In this document: positions 27,758 to 36,636 of the stretch, in pieces
How positions within the stretch are numbered: the stretch's first letter is position 1
Layout: the number at the start of each line of letters is the position of its first letter
Assembly: GCA_964653655.1 (NCBI GenBank)
Contig: CAZZHG010000010.1
Location: 5,885 to 69,884, forward strand
Direction of reading: 5' to 3'
Length of the DNA stretch: 64,000 nucleotides
Origin: an uncultured Pseudobdellovibrionaceae bacterium
GTDB taxonomy: Bacteria; Bdellovibrionota; FAC87; UBA2466
Position numbers and translations under genes: made by a program
The notes under the pieces: generated by a model
Databases searched by the model: none
What the model was told of the DNA's origin: nothing
What the model saw: only the letters and a program-made list of their open reading frames with translations

Positions 27758-28551
27758 GCAACTGGCAAGACACCCTCGCCGAACCCGCCTTTCTCTATCC
27801 CTTCGCTTTCATTTTCGGCCTCATTCTCGGCAGTTTTTTCAACGTCGTCATCGTTCGGCTTCCTTACGACGAGTCCGTCGTAAAGGGCGGGTCCCGCTGC
27901 CCAAAGTGCAAGAAGCCGATCCGCTGGTTCCACAACATTCCGATTTTCAGCTACCTCTGGCTTCGGGGAAAATGCGCCCGTTGTAAAAAACCGATCTCCG
28001 TCGAGTATCCCCTGGTGGAGCTCGCTTCGGGCCTCATCTGGCTTGGCCTCGCCTACAGCTGCGGGCCCGACGCCCGCATGCTTTGCTACGGCGTGTTTCT
28101 TTCCTTTCTGCTCATCATTTCGGTCATCGACCTGCATCACCGGATCATTCCGGACGAGCTCAGTCTTTCCGGAATTGTGCTGGGTGTCGGCGCCGCCTTG
28201 CTAACGGGCGACGTTACGTGGCAGGACTCGCTTCTCGGAGCCCTCGCCGGCGGAGGGATTTTCTTCGCCATCGCCTATCTCTACGAAAAGCTCACGAAGC
28301 GGGAGGGACTCGGCGGGGGCGACGTAAAACTCCTCGCGATGATCGGGGCGTGGCTCGGCTATCAGTCCATCCTCATCGTCATCATCCTTTCGACCGGAAT
28401 CGGAAGCCTCGTCGGGCTTGCCGTGATGGCCAGCCAGAAGAAGGATCTGAAGGCGAGCATCCCCTTCGGTCCCTTCCTTGCCGGCGCGGCGGCGGCCTTT
28501 TGGATTTGGAGAAAGCCCATGCTCGCTTTCTTCTTTCCCTCCTTTTCCTAG
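27754..28551 (+). CDS. pilD: Prepilin peptidase (type IV leader peptidase / N-methyltransferase, A24 family)
   Basis: 265 aa. N-terminal CPKC...CARC zinc-binding motif pair, catalytic Asp regions (VIDLHHRIIPDE and GGGDVKLLAMIGAWLG). 4-nt overlap with the permease. Confidence 0.85.
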   Translation: MSNWQDTLAEPAFLYPFAFIFGLILGSFFNVVIVRLPYDESVVKGGSRCPKCKKPIRWFHNIPIFSYLWLRGKCARCKKPISVEYPLVELASGLIWLGLAYSCGPDARMLCYGVFLSFLLIISVIDLHHRIIPDELSLSGIVLGVGAALLTGDVTWQDSLLGALAGGGIFFAIAYLYEKLTKREGLGGGDVKLLAMIGAWLGYQSILIVIILSTGIGSLVGLAVMASQKKDLKASIPFGPFLAGAAAAFWIWRKPMLAFFFPSFS

Positions 28552-28582
28552 GCCCCAAAGGCGGATAACCTGACACTCGATC

Positions 28583-29551
28583 ATGGCTAAAGGAATCGTC
28601 GTCGTAACCGGAGGTTCGGGATATCTCGGCGGAGCCGCCTGCCTTCGGCTGAAGGAAAGAGGCTACCGCCCGATCTCCCTCGATCGGCGCTCGCCTCCCA
28701 AACTGGCGGACTGGGAGTCCCATCTCGTGGACTTGGCCGACGCCGAAGCGGCACGAAAGGCCTGGGACGCCCTGCCCGAAGTCTCCGCGGTTCTCCATTT
28801 CGCGGCGCTCGCCCTCGTTTCGGAATCGGTGCAGAAACCGGATCTTTACCGGCGCAACAATGTTCAAGCGACGCGCCATTGCGCCGAAGGCGCCCTCAGG
28901 CGTAATGCAAAAGCGTTCGTTCACTCCTCCAGCTGCGCGGTTTACGGCTTCCCGCAAACTCAGCCCATTACCGAGGAAACGCCCCACGCGCCGATTTCTC
29001 CTTACGGGGAGTCCAAGCAACTCAGCGAAAAAGTTCTCGACGAGTTCGCGCGCACCAAGGGCCTCAAGACTTTGAACCTTCGCTATTTCAATCCGGCGGG
29101 GGCGCTCGACTCGCTCGCCTGGGGCGAGTCTCACGAGCCGGAGACACACCTGATCCCGCTCGTGCTGAAAGCCGCGCGATCCGGAAAGCCGGTTTCGATT
29201 TTTGGAAGTGACTACGCAACTCCGGACGGCACGTGCGTCCGGGATTTCTTTCACGTGGAAGATCTAATCGAGGCCCACATCTTGGCACTCGAGAAGCTGC
29301 AGGCCGGAGTCGCCCTTCCCCCGGCGCTCAATCTCGGGGCGGGCCGGGGCCACTCCGTGAAGGAAGTGCTCGAAGCGGCGAGCCGGGTTTGCGGAAAAAA
29401 GATCCCTTCGAGTCTTCAGGCACGCCGACCGGGAGATCCTCCCACGCTGGTCGCCGACTCGTCCAAAGCTCAACAGCTTCTCGACTGGAAGCCCAAGCGT
29501 TCCCTCGAGGACGCTCTCAAATCCCACTGGGCTTGGGAGAACAAGAAATAA
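28583..29551 (+). CDS. galE: NAD-dependent epimerase, UDP-glucose 4-epimerase-like
   Basis: 322 aa: N-terminal VTGGSGYLGG Rossmann motif, YGESK (YxxxK), YFNPAGA. These are GalE hallmarks, though a related sugar epimerase cannot be excluded. Confidence 0.7.
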   Translation: MAKGIVVVTGGSGYLGGAACLRLKERGYRPISLDRRSPPKLADWESHLVDLADAEAARKAWDALPEVSAVLHFAALALVSESVQKPDLYRRNNVQATRHCAEGALRRNAKAFVHSSSCAVYGFPQTQPITEETPHAPISPYGESKQLSEKVLDEFARTKGLKTLNLRYFNPAGALDSLAWGESHEPETHLIPLVLKAARSGKPVSIFGSDYATPDGTCVRDFFHVEDLIEAHILALEKLQAGVALPPALNLGAGRGHSVKEVLEAASRVCGKKIPSSLQARRPGDPPTLVADSSKAQQLLDWKPKRSLEDALKSHWAWENKK

Positions 29552-29586
29552 AACGGGGCGGGCCCCCGCCGGGACCCGCCGGAAAT

Positions 29587-29678
29587 TTAGAATGAGAGCG
29601 AGAATGGGTCTTAGAATGAGTGAAAAGGCACGCACCTGCCCCCCACTCATTCTAAGACCCATTCTCACTCTCATTCTA
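29587..29678. repeat. Near-perfect 37-bp-arm palindromic element (solitary copy of the repeat family also found at 61.6 kb)
   Basis: TTAGAATGAGAGCGAGAATGGGTCTTAGAATGAGTGA, a 21-nt loop, then CACTCATTCTAAGACCCATTCTCACTCTCATTCTA. The arms are complementary except for 1-2 positions. 36 nt after the galE stop. Confidence 0.7.
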
Positions 29679-29830
29679 GGGTTTCAACGGGCCTGATAGG
29701 GAGAAGGAGCGCGGAGGCGGCCCCATAGGGCCGTCGAGCACTCCGACGACCGAGAACGTTCCTTGATTTGAAATACGATGGCCCGGCCTGCCGGGCATGG
29801 CGTAGTAGGAAGCGCTTTCGGACAGACTCC

Positions 29831-31501
29831 TCAGGGAGTAAGAGCGACGACCTTTTCCACGTTTGGTAGCTGAGCTAACTTGAAAATGTCCCGGGCTTGG
29901 CCCGAAACGACGACCGCGGCGAAGCCCTGCAGATCTTTCGTCACCTGCAGACTCGCGAAATCCCCGTTCAGGAGCCCCTGAAGAAGCTGCGAGGACAAAA
30001 GCTGCTTACCAGGTACCGACTCCGAAAGAAGCGGAGCGAGAGCCGGTAGAAGACCCGAAATGAGCGGGCCGGAAGCCGCGCCGCCGGCGGTCGCCTGGAA
30101 AAGCAGATCCCGCACGGCCGCCGCCGGATTCGCCGACGAGAGGATCGGCGCGAGCGCCTCAGCGAGCTTCGCTCCCTGAGAACCATTCAGGCCCCGCACG
30201 AGCGGCTCGAGAAAGGGAACCAGCTGAGCGAATTTCTCGACCGCGGCGGAGTCCTTCGGGAAACTCTTAATCGCTTCGATTCCGCCGTCCTGAAGCAGCA
30301 GATTGAATAGGTAGGCAACCTCGGGCGCGGTCTTTCCGCCCATCGCCTGCACGAGAGGCTGAAGGTAACCGAGAAGCAACGAAAGTTTCTGATCCTTCGG
30401 CGCGGAACCCAAGGAACTGATGAGAGAAAAGAACTTCGGGTCCATCACGGACTTCAACAGCAGATTCTCGAACGGATTTGCCGTCGTGCCCGCCTTCTTG
30501 CCGACCAAACCCTGAAGTAGAGGAAGCAGCGTCGCCATCGCGAACTGAACGGTCTGCTTCTTATCTCCCCTGGCGATCGCCTGGATGAGACTCGTCAAAT
30601 TCTGCTGCGAGCTCGGGTCCGCGAGCAAAGTGGTCAGGATTGAGGCAAGCGGACTGCTCTTTCCGTCCACCTGGTGATTCAAAATCGGTCCCAGATAGGG
30701 AAGGATGAGATTCGCCGCCGCGAGAGCGCTCGAAACGTCCGGCGCCGTAGTCGTAAGGAGGGGCACCAGGACTGAGGCGGCTCCCGAGAAAAGTCCCAGC
30801 GCCTTAAGTTTTTCGGAGCTCGCACCCGAAAGAAGCTGCTGAAGATCGGCACCCTGGGCGGAGTTCAAAATCACGAGAACGTTGCCGAGGATGTCGCCGT
30901 TCTTCGCGGTCCCAAAGAGTTTCTGGATTTCGGGATCGAGTTTTCCGGATTGCAAAAGCTCTTGGAAGACCACTCCCGGAGAAACGCTCGCCATGTGCTG
31001 GGTGGCGTTGAGCGGAGCGAAAGCGGCGCGCGCAAACGACGGCGAGTCCGCAGGAGCAAGGCGCAAGGGAACCGGCTTCATTCCCGGGCACTGGCCCGCA
31101 AGACAATCCGCCCCGACTTGGACGAGTTGAACTAGCGGTTTGTGACTGACCGCCGTTATCAAAAGCTTCACCGACTTCACGGCGGAATCGTTGGCGTGCG
31201 GGTTTCTAGAGATGTGGAACACGCCGTTCTTGCCGCCCATCGAGTTCACCAGGGCGCTGAGCGAGCCGTCTTCCGAAAGGAGCGAGACTCCGAAGTCGGG
31301 CAGCGCCTTTCCGGTGTTACCGTCGAGAATCTGGCCCGAAAACGCGTAGCGATAGGTTGTTTGGGAGGCCTCGAGGGCGGTACCCGGCAACGCCTGGCTT
31401 CCGCCGGACAGCCGCGCCGCTCCCATTTCCCGTTTCCCGCAACCCGCGCCCACCGCGAGCGTCATAGCGAGAACCCAGGCCCTCAACCCTCTCATACGCA
31501 C
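29831..31501 (-). CDS. Hypothetical large lipoprotein (Leu/Ala/Gly/Ser-rich, predicted all-helical)
   Basis: 556 aa, signal peptide plus lipobox LAVGAGC. No catalytic motifs. Low-complexity LLQGL-type repeats. Confidence 0.55.
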   Translation of the reverse strand: MRMRGLRAWVLAMTLAVGAGCGKREMGAARLSGGSQALPGTALEASQTTYRYAFSGQILDGNTGKALPDFGVSLLSEDGSLSALVNSMGGKNGVFHISRNPHANDSAVKSVKLLITAVSHKPLVQLVQVGADCLAGQCPGMKPVPLRLAPADSPSFARAAFAPLNATQHMASVSPGVVFQELLQSGKLDPEIQKLFGTAKNGDILGNVLVILNSAQGADLQQLLSGASSEKLKALGLFSGAASVLVPLLTTTAPDVSSALAAANLILPYLGPILNHQVDGKSSPLASILTTLLADPSSQQNLTSLIQAIARGDKKQTVQFAMATLLPLLQGLVGKKAGTTANPFENLLLKSVMDPKFFSLISSLGSAPKDQKLSLLLGYLQPLVQAMGGKTAPEVAYLFNLLLQDGGIEAIKSFPKDSAAVEKFAQLVPFLEPLVRGLNGSQGAKLAEALAPILSSANPAAAVRDLLFQATAGGAASGPLISGLLPALAPLLSESVPGKQLLSSQLLQGLLNGDFASLQVTKDLQGFAAVVVSGQARDIFKLAQLPNVEKVVALTP

Positions 31502-31569
31502 CCCGCAAAAAGGTCTTATTATTTTTTCAAAGGGACGTGGGCGCGGTGTGCCGCAATTGTGGAGTTCTG

Positions 31570-31597
31570 TTCACAGTTCGCCGGGCTGTGCTATCCT
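31570..31597 (+). promoter_or_regulatory. Candidate sigma-70 promoter with extended -10 (TTCACA-N16-TGcTATCCT) upstream of exbB
   Basis: Sequence pattern only. The predicted transcription start would lie about 15 nt upstream of the exbB ATG. Confidence 0.25.
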
Positions 31598-31619
31598 GAA
31601 ACCCGAAAGGAACCCCACC

Positions 31620-32246
31620 ATGGATCTTTCTCTCGGGCATCTTTTTACGACTGGCGGCTGGGTGATGTGGCCCCTGGCCTTCTTCTCCGTCCTCACCTGG
31701 ACGATCGTCCTCGAGCGCGCGTTCGTTTACCTGAGCCTTCGCCCCAAGCTCGGACAGATTTCGCAGACACTTCTACAGAGCTTAAAAACCGGCGACGTTC
31801 AGACGGCGAAAAGCGCCTGCTTGAAAGAGAAGCCGTACGTAAGCGAACTGTTCCTCAGCGCCATCGACACGAAGAACAAGCGCGAGACCGCCGAACGGAT
31901 TACCGAGAGAAACCGGCTTCGCCTGATGGCCCATTTCCGCAAGCACCTTTGGATCCTCGGCACCATCGGCAGCGCGAGCCCCTTCGTGGGACTGCTCGGC
32001 ACCGTCGTGGGCATCGTGCGCGCTTTCGCCGACATGTCGGCGAAAGGATCGGGCGGTTTCGCCGTGGTCGCGGGCGGTATTTCGGAAGCGCTCGTCGCCA
32101 CCGGCGCGGGCCTCATCGTCGCCATCGTGGCGCTTCTCGCTTACAACATCTTCGTCAATGCCGCGAACCAGACCTTGAGCTCGCTGAAACTCACGCTGGA
32201 CGAAATCCTGGACGAGTCCCTCCAGGCGAACAAGGCTTCGGCCTGA
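31620..32246 (+). CDS. exbB: MotA/TolQ/ExbB proton-channel family protein
   Basis: ORF 31548..32246 trimmed to ATG at 31620 (MDLSLGHLFTTGGWVMWPLAFFSVLTW...). Three TM helices, conserved C-terminal helix pair typical of ExbB/TolQ. Confidence 0.85.
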   Translation: MDLSLGHLFTTGGWVMWPLAFFSVLTWTIVLERAFVYLSLRPKLGQISQTLLQSLKTGDVQTAKSACLKEKPYVSELFLSAIDTKNKRETAERITERNRLRLMAHFRKHLWILGTIGSASPFVGLLGTVVGIVRAFADMSAKGSGGFAVVAGGISEALVATGAGLIVAIVALLAYNIFVNAANQTLSSLKLTLDEILDESLQANKASA

Positions 32247-32255
32247 GGTAACCCA

Positions 32256-32684
32256 ATGGCGATGCGGTTTTCGGAAAACGAGGAAGAGTCGATCGTAGCG
32301 GAGATCAACATCACTCCGCTGACCGATATTTTTCTCGTTCTGCTCATCATCTTCATGATCTCGAGCTCCGCGATGCTGGAAAGCGGCTTGAACGTGAAGC
32401 TGCCGACGGCGAAGGGCGTTAGTGTCAGCCCGGACAGCAAGGAAGGAAAGCCCACCTACGTTACCGTCGGAGCCGACGGCCAAATCTCGATCAACGAGAA
32501 AGTGGTGAACGAGGCGGAGCTGCAGGAGACACTTCAGAAGACTCTCGCCGAGGGCGCCGAGAAGATCGTCATCATCCGCGGAGACGAGTCCATCGTCCTT
32601 GGCAAGGCGGTCAAGATCATGGAAGCGGCGAAAAACGCCGGCGCCGAAAAGATCGCCCTCGCCACCAAAAACCCAGAAAAATAA
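32256..32684 (+). CDS. exbD: ExbD/TolR biopolymer transport protein
   Basis: 142 aa: the N-terminal ITPLTDIFLVLLIIFMI (TM with conserved Asp) matches ExbD/TolR. 9 nt after exbB. Confidence 0.85.
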   Translation: MAMRFSENEEESIVAEINITPLTDIFLVLLIIFMISSSAMLESGLNVKLPTAKGVSVSPDSKEGKPTYVTVGADGQISINEKVVNEAELQETLQKTLAEGAEKIVIIRGDESIVLGKAVKIMEAAKNAGAEKIALATKNPEK

Positions 32685-32696
32685 GAACCCGCGAGA

Positions 32697-32819
32697 AGAG
32701 CGAGAGCGGGAGCGAGCGCAATGACACCTTCCCTTCTGGAAGGGGCGATGACGTAAGACCGCACTAACTCCCTCACCAGATCAAGAAGTCTTCCTTGCGC
32801 TCGCTCTCGCTGTCGCTCT
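32697..32819. repeat. 25-bp inverted repeat pair (about 73-nt spacer) filling the convergent exbD / C45-peptidase intergenic region
   Basis: AGAGCGAGAGCGGGAGCGAGCGCAA at 32697-32721, and at 32795-32819 its near-exact reverse complement TTGCGCTCGCTCTCGCTGTCGCTCT. The spacer contains a CCTTCC/GGAAGG mini-hairpin. Confidence 0.55.
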
Positions 32820-32824
32820 GTCTT

Positions 32825-34537
32825 CTATTCGAATGGGATGTAAGTCGAATAGGGCATGAGTATGCGCCCGAGCTTCGTGTGCGTGTATGGCCCCTCGTCG
32901 CGCGCGAGGTTGCGGATATTGCCGTCGTCCAGATCCGCGTGATTCGCGATCTCGCGGTACACGGAAATCGCCTTCGCCCTCTCGCCGAGCAGATCGTAAG
33001 CGCGCGCGAGAAAGAGGGAGACCTCGAAGTACTCGGGCGGGAAATGGGCCAGCTGCCGCTCGCGTTTACGAACCTCGACCCATACCCTTCCCTTTTCCAA
33101 TAGCTCGGTCGCTTCCTTGTACTCGCCGGCCTTCATGTGAAGGACGGCGCCGACCAGCGCCGCTTCGGGACAGAAATCCGTCTCTAGCGCCTTCTTCAAG
33201 TGGACCTGGGCCGTTTCGAATTTTCCGTCGAATCCGGCGATGAAGCTGAGGATGTACTCCTTCTTCGACTCTTTCACCTTGGGATCCTTGAATTGGAAAC
33301 CGGGATGCTCCTCATCGGTCAATCCACTTCCACCGGACAGCACGTCTCCCAAGTCATACTTCCGGAAAGACCCCAAATGAATGGGCGCATTGCCTTCGGC
33401 GGAGTAAGCCACCATTTCGACGGGATCGAACACTACACTTTGAATGTTGTAGACCTGGCTGACGGTTCGATTGACGTACTTTTCCTCGCCCCAATACGGG
33501 TCGTAGTGATCGCTTGCGATCTGGCAGGCCTGCGCCGGAGTGAGATCCGGACCGTAGTGCTTCACCAGATCCTCGAGCCGGCGCTTGCGCCAATAGTTGT
33601 CCCAGTTCATCCGCGCGTTGGTCGCGTACTCCGATGGCCGGCACTCCCGGGATTGAAAGAAGTTGGAGTGCGCGAGGCACGCGGACCCCTCATCGATCCA
33701 GGTGATCCCTTTCGCCCAGGGATGGCATTCGTAGACGGCGGCCTTTCTCGACTTTCCGTCGGAAAGGACGAAAGCCCAGGCGGTGGCGACCCGCCGCTCA
33801 TCGAGCATCTGGATGGCTTCCTCGATCGTCCGTGCCTTGCCGAGTACTTCCTCGGCGATGAAAAAAGGCAGCCGGCCGCGAAAGGAAGTCTTCTTGCAGT
33901 AATGCTGATGAAGCGAAACGCTGACTTGAGCCTCGTTGATACCCGTGATTCCACCGAAGGGAACCCCGGCGCTGGTAAAGCTAGCAAATTTCAACCGGTG
34001 GGGAACCGCCGTCACCTGAAGCACGGGATAACGATCCCAATAGGCGACGCCCGGAAAGTCCAAGTTGCGGCCGTTCAGAAAATGCTTTCCGTTCGAAATG
34101 AAACTCGAGCAGCCGAAACGCGGCGCCTGGGCCTCGATAAAGAGCGAAGGCCGTAGCTTCGTCATGTACGCCTGAAGCATCGGCATCAAGTCGGGGAGCA
34201 CGATGGCGACGATCATTTCATCCAGAGGCGCGTTCAGGGCTTCGGCCATCCCGGCCATTCGCTGCTTCGCACCCTCCGGGATCGCGTTCATCAGTTTGGG
34301 GACGAGAAACCTCTCGATGAGAAGGCGCACCGCCCGAAAAGCCTGGCGATCGAGAAACGCCGCGGGCTCGTTTTTCACCATACGCTTCCAGAACTCGTAA
34401 TAGAACTTGGGCATCCCCTCCAGCAGGATGGGACCGACTTGCTCGGCGTGTTGACGTCCCATGTCGCGATCGGCCCCTCCGATTCGGACGACTTTCAGCG
34501 GTTGGGCGGGAAATGGATGCTTTGTTTGTGAAGCCAT
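32825..34537 (-). CDS. Peptidase C45 family (acyl-CoA:6-aminopenicillanic acid acyltransferase / choloylglycine hydrolase-like Ntn hydrolase) with C-terminal TPR-like region
   Basis: 570 aa containing a C45-like autoprocessing motif (FGCSSF; the family is cleaved at Gly-Cys) and helical-repeat C-terminal third. No signal peptide obvious. Confidence 0.6.
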   Translation of the reverse strand: MASQTKHPFPAQPLKVVRIGGADRDMGRQHAEQVGPILLEGMPKFYYEFWKRMVKNEPAAFLDRQAFRAVRLLIERFLVPKLMNAIPEGAKQRMAGMAEALNAPLDEMIVAIVLPDLMPMLQAYMTKLRPSLFIEAQAPRFGCSSFISNGKHFLNGRNLDFPGVAYWDRYPVLQVTAVPHRLKFASFTSAGVPFGGITGINEAQVSVSLHQHYCKKTSFRGRLPFFIAEEVLGKARTIEEAIQMLDERRVATAWAFVLSDGKSRKAAVYECHPWAKGITWIDEGSACLAHSNFFQSRECRPSEYATNARMNWDNYWRKRRLEDLVKHYGPDLTPAQACQIASDHYDPYWGEEKYVNRTVSQVYNIQSVVFDPVEMVAYSAEGNAPIHLGSFRKYDLGDVLSGGSGLTDEEHPGFQFKDPKVKESKKEYILSFIAGFDGKFETAQVHLKKALETDFCPEAALVGAVLHMKAGEYKEATELLEKGRVWVEVRKRERQLAHFPPEYFEVSLFLARAYDLLGERAKAISVYREIANHADLDDGNIRNLARDEGPYTHTKLGRILMPYSTYIPFE

Positions 34538-34588
34538 GGGGAGGTCTCGGTGTACTTTTGAGGCTAGCCTCGTTAAGATTGCCCTATC

Positions 34589-35236
34589 GTGTCAACCGCC
34601 GTCTCGCCATCCGTAACCGCGCGGACGATGGGCCATCTGCGCCGCCGTTTCGGAAGCCTACTTCTTCTACAATTGCCGTACTCGGCGCTCGCTTTGTTCA
34701 CTCCCGAGAGCGGCGGAGTCCACAGTATAAATCAAATGCTGCTCGCGGTGGCGCTCCTGCTTCCGGTGGACATTTTCCTCTCGAATCTGACCTCGATAGC
34801 GACGCTTTGGATGCTGGAAAAGAGCGCGGACGGTCCGTACCCCACGGTGTGGGAGTCCGTTAAGAATGCGATGAGGCTGTTCAACCACTGGTGGGTGCCG
34901 GCGACGCTGCTTTGTCTGCTTCTCTATCTGCCGATCTTCGCCAATCCGTGGCTGAGTTTCATCAGCGCCTACTTCATCACGATTTACGGTTACGCTCCGT
35001 TCATCCGGGCTCAGGAGCCAAACCTCGACCTGAGTCTGGCGTTCGGGCGCGCGAAAAAACTCGTGAAGCCCGTGTTCTGGCCGCTTCTGATTCTGCACAT
35101 AGGTATGTTCGCCATCAACCAGACGGTGATGTTCTCGCTTTCTCCGGTTCTGCAGTTCGCCGTCACGCTTCTAATCGGATTTCTGATAACTCCTTTCTTG
35201 ACGACGCTTTTTCTAGATCTGAGGTCGAAAAAATGA
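34589..35236 (+). CDS. Hypothetical polytopic membrane protein (translationally coupled to tldD)
   Basis: 215 aa with 4-5 hydrophobic helices. Stop overlaps the tldD ATG (ATGA). Alternative start at M14 (34628). Confidence 0.5.
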   Translation: MSTAVSPSVTARTMGHLRRRFGSLLLLQLPYSALALFTPESGGVHSINQMLLAVALLLPVDIFLSNLTSIATLWMLEKSADGPYPTVWESVKNAMRLFNHWWVPATLLCLLLYLPIFANPWLSFISAYFITIYGYAPFIRAQEPNLDLSLAFGRAKKLVKPVFWPLLILHIGMFAINQTVMFSLSPVLQFAVTLLIGFLITPFLTTLFLDLRSKK

Positions 35237-36636
35237 AACCACTCGCCGATCGCCTGGAAAAACTGATTCAGAACTCCCCAACTTGGGCCGAAGCCCGATT
35301 TCACCGCCGAAAGAATCAGTCCCTGCAGGTGCAAAAAGGACTGGTGAAGCAGGCGAAGTCATCCGTTACCTCCGGCGTCGGCATCCGCGCCTTGGTTGAA
35401 GGGGCTTGGGGGTTCTCCTCGACTTCCGACTTATCGCCCGAGTCCCTCGAAAAAACTTTGAAGCGGGCCATCGAGTGCGCCCGGTCGCTCAGCCAGATGA
35501 AAAAAGCGGCCGTGAAAGATCTGCCGAAGGCGAAACTCGCCCGCGGCGTCTTCACCCTCGAGGGCTACGAGCAGCTCGAAGCGATGTCGCTCGATCAGAA
35601 GCTGAACGCGGTCGTGAAGGCGGAAAGCAAGACCCGCTCGCTCTCCTCGAGCATCACCAGCTCCGTTTGCGGCTACAATGAAATTTTCGAGGACAAGATC
35701 GTCGTCACCTCCGACGGAGCGAACGCCATTTCCCGTCTCGCCAGGAACGAGTTCCGGCTTTCCGCCGTCGCCTCGAAAGACGGCGAGATGAGCTCAGGCA
35801 GCAACTCGGTCGGAAAGACCGGCGCCTGGGAGTGCCTCTTCAAGGAACATTCCTCGAACGAGCTTTCGGAAATGACGGCAAAGCTTGCCGTTGATCTACT
35901 GAAGGCTCCGCGCACCCCCGGCGGCGTCGCCACCTTGATTCTTTCGCCCGCCATGGTCGGCATCCTCTGCCACGAGGCCATCGGCCACACCGTGGAAGCG
36001 GACTTCGTGCTCTCCGGATCGGTTGCCGCGGGCAAGCTGGGCCAAAAAGTAGCAAGCCCCCTCGTCACCATGTGCGACGGCGGCCGCGTCGACGGAGTTC
36101 CTTTCGGCGGCGGAGACCTTCTGGTCGACGACGAAGGAGTCGCCGCGGGTAACACGGTCATCATCAAGGATGGGTTGCTCAATTCCTATCTGCACAACCG
36201 GGAATCGGCGGCGCTCTACGGCGTCGAGCCGACGGGCAACGCCCGCGCGTGGCTCTACATGGACGAGCCCCTCATCCGGATGCGCAACACGTACCTGATG
36301 CCCGGCACGCAGTCTTTGCAGGACATCATCGCCTCGACCGAGGACGGCTGGTTCGTCGACTGCCCGCTCGGCGGACAGGCGGACTCCACCGGCGAGTTCA
36401 TGTTCGGCGCCCAGAAGGTGCAGCGGATCCAGAACGGCAAGCTCACGGACCTCTACCGGGGCGCCACCATATCCGGGCAGGCCTTCCAGGTTTTGTCGAC
36501 GGTGGATGCAGTTTCGAAAGAGTTCAAGCTGGATCTCGGGTCCGGCTATTGCGGCAAGGGGCAACCGGCGAAAGTGGACGCGGGTGGGCCCTACATACGC
36601 TGCAAGGCCACAATCGGAGGGATTCAAGAAGGATGA
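35233..36636 (+). CDS. tldD: Metalloprotease TldD
   Basis: ORF 34891..36636 trimmed to ATG at 35233 (MKPLADRLEKLIQNSPTWAEARFHRRKNQSLQV...). HEAIGHTVEAD (HExxxH), typical of TldD. Confidence 0.85.
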   Translation: MKPLADRLEKLIQNSPTWAEARFHRRKNQSLQVQKGLVKQAKSSVTSGVGIRALVEGAWGFSSTSDLSPESLEKTLKRAIECARSLSQMKKAAVKDLPKAKLARGVFTLEGYEQLEAMSLDQKLNAVVKAESKTRSLSSSITSSVCGYNEIFEDKIVVTSDGANAISRLARNEFRLSAVASKDGEMSSGSNSVGKTGAWECLFKEHSSNELSEMTAKLAVDLLKAPRTPGGVATLILSPAMVGILCHEAIGHTVEADFVLSGSVAAGKLGQKVASPLVTMCDGGRVDGVPFGGGDLLVDDEGVAAGNTVIIKDGLLNSYLHNRESAALYGVEPTGNARAWLYMDEPLIRMRNTYLMPGTQSLQDIIASTEDGWFVDCPLGGQADSTGEFMFGAQKVQRIQNGKLTDLYRGATISGQAFQVLSTVDAVSKEFKLDLGSGYCGKGQPAKVDAGGPYIRCKATIGGIQEG

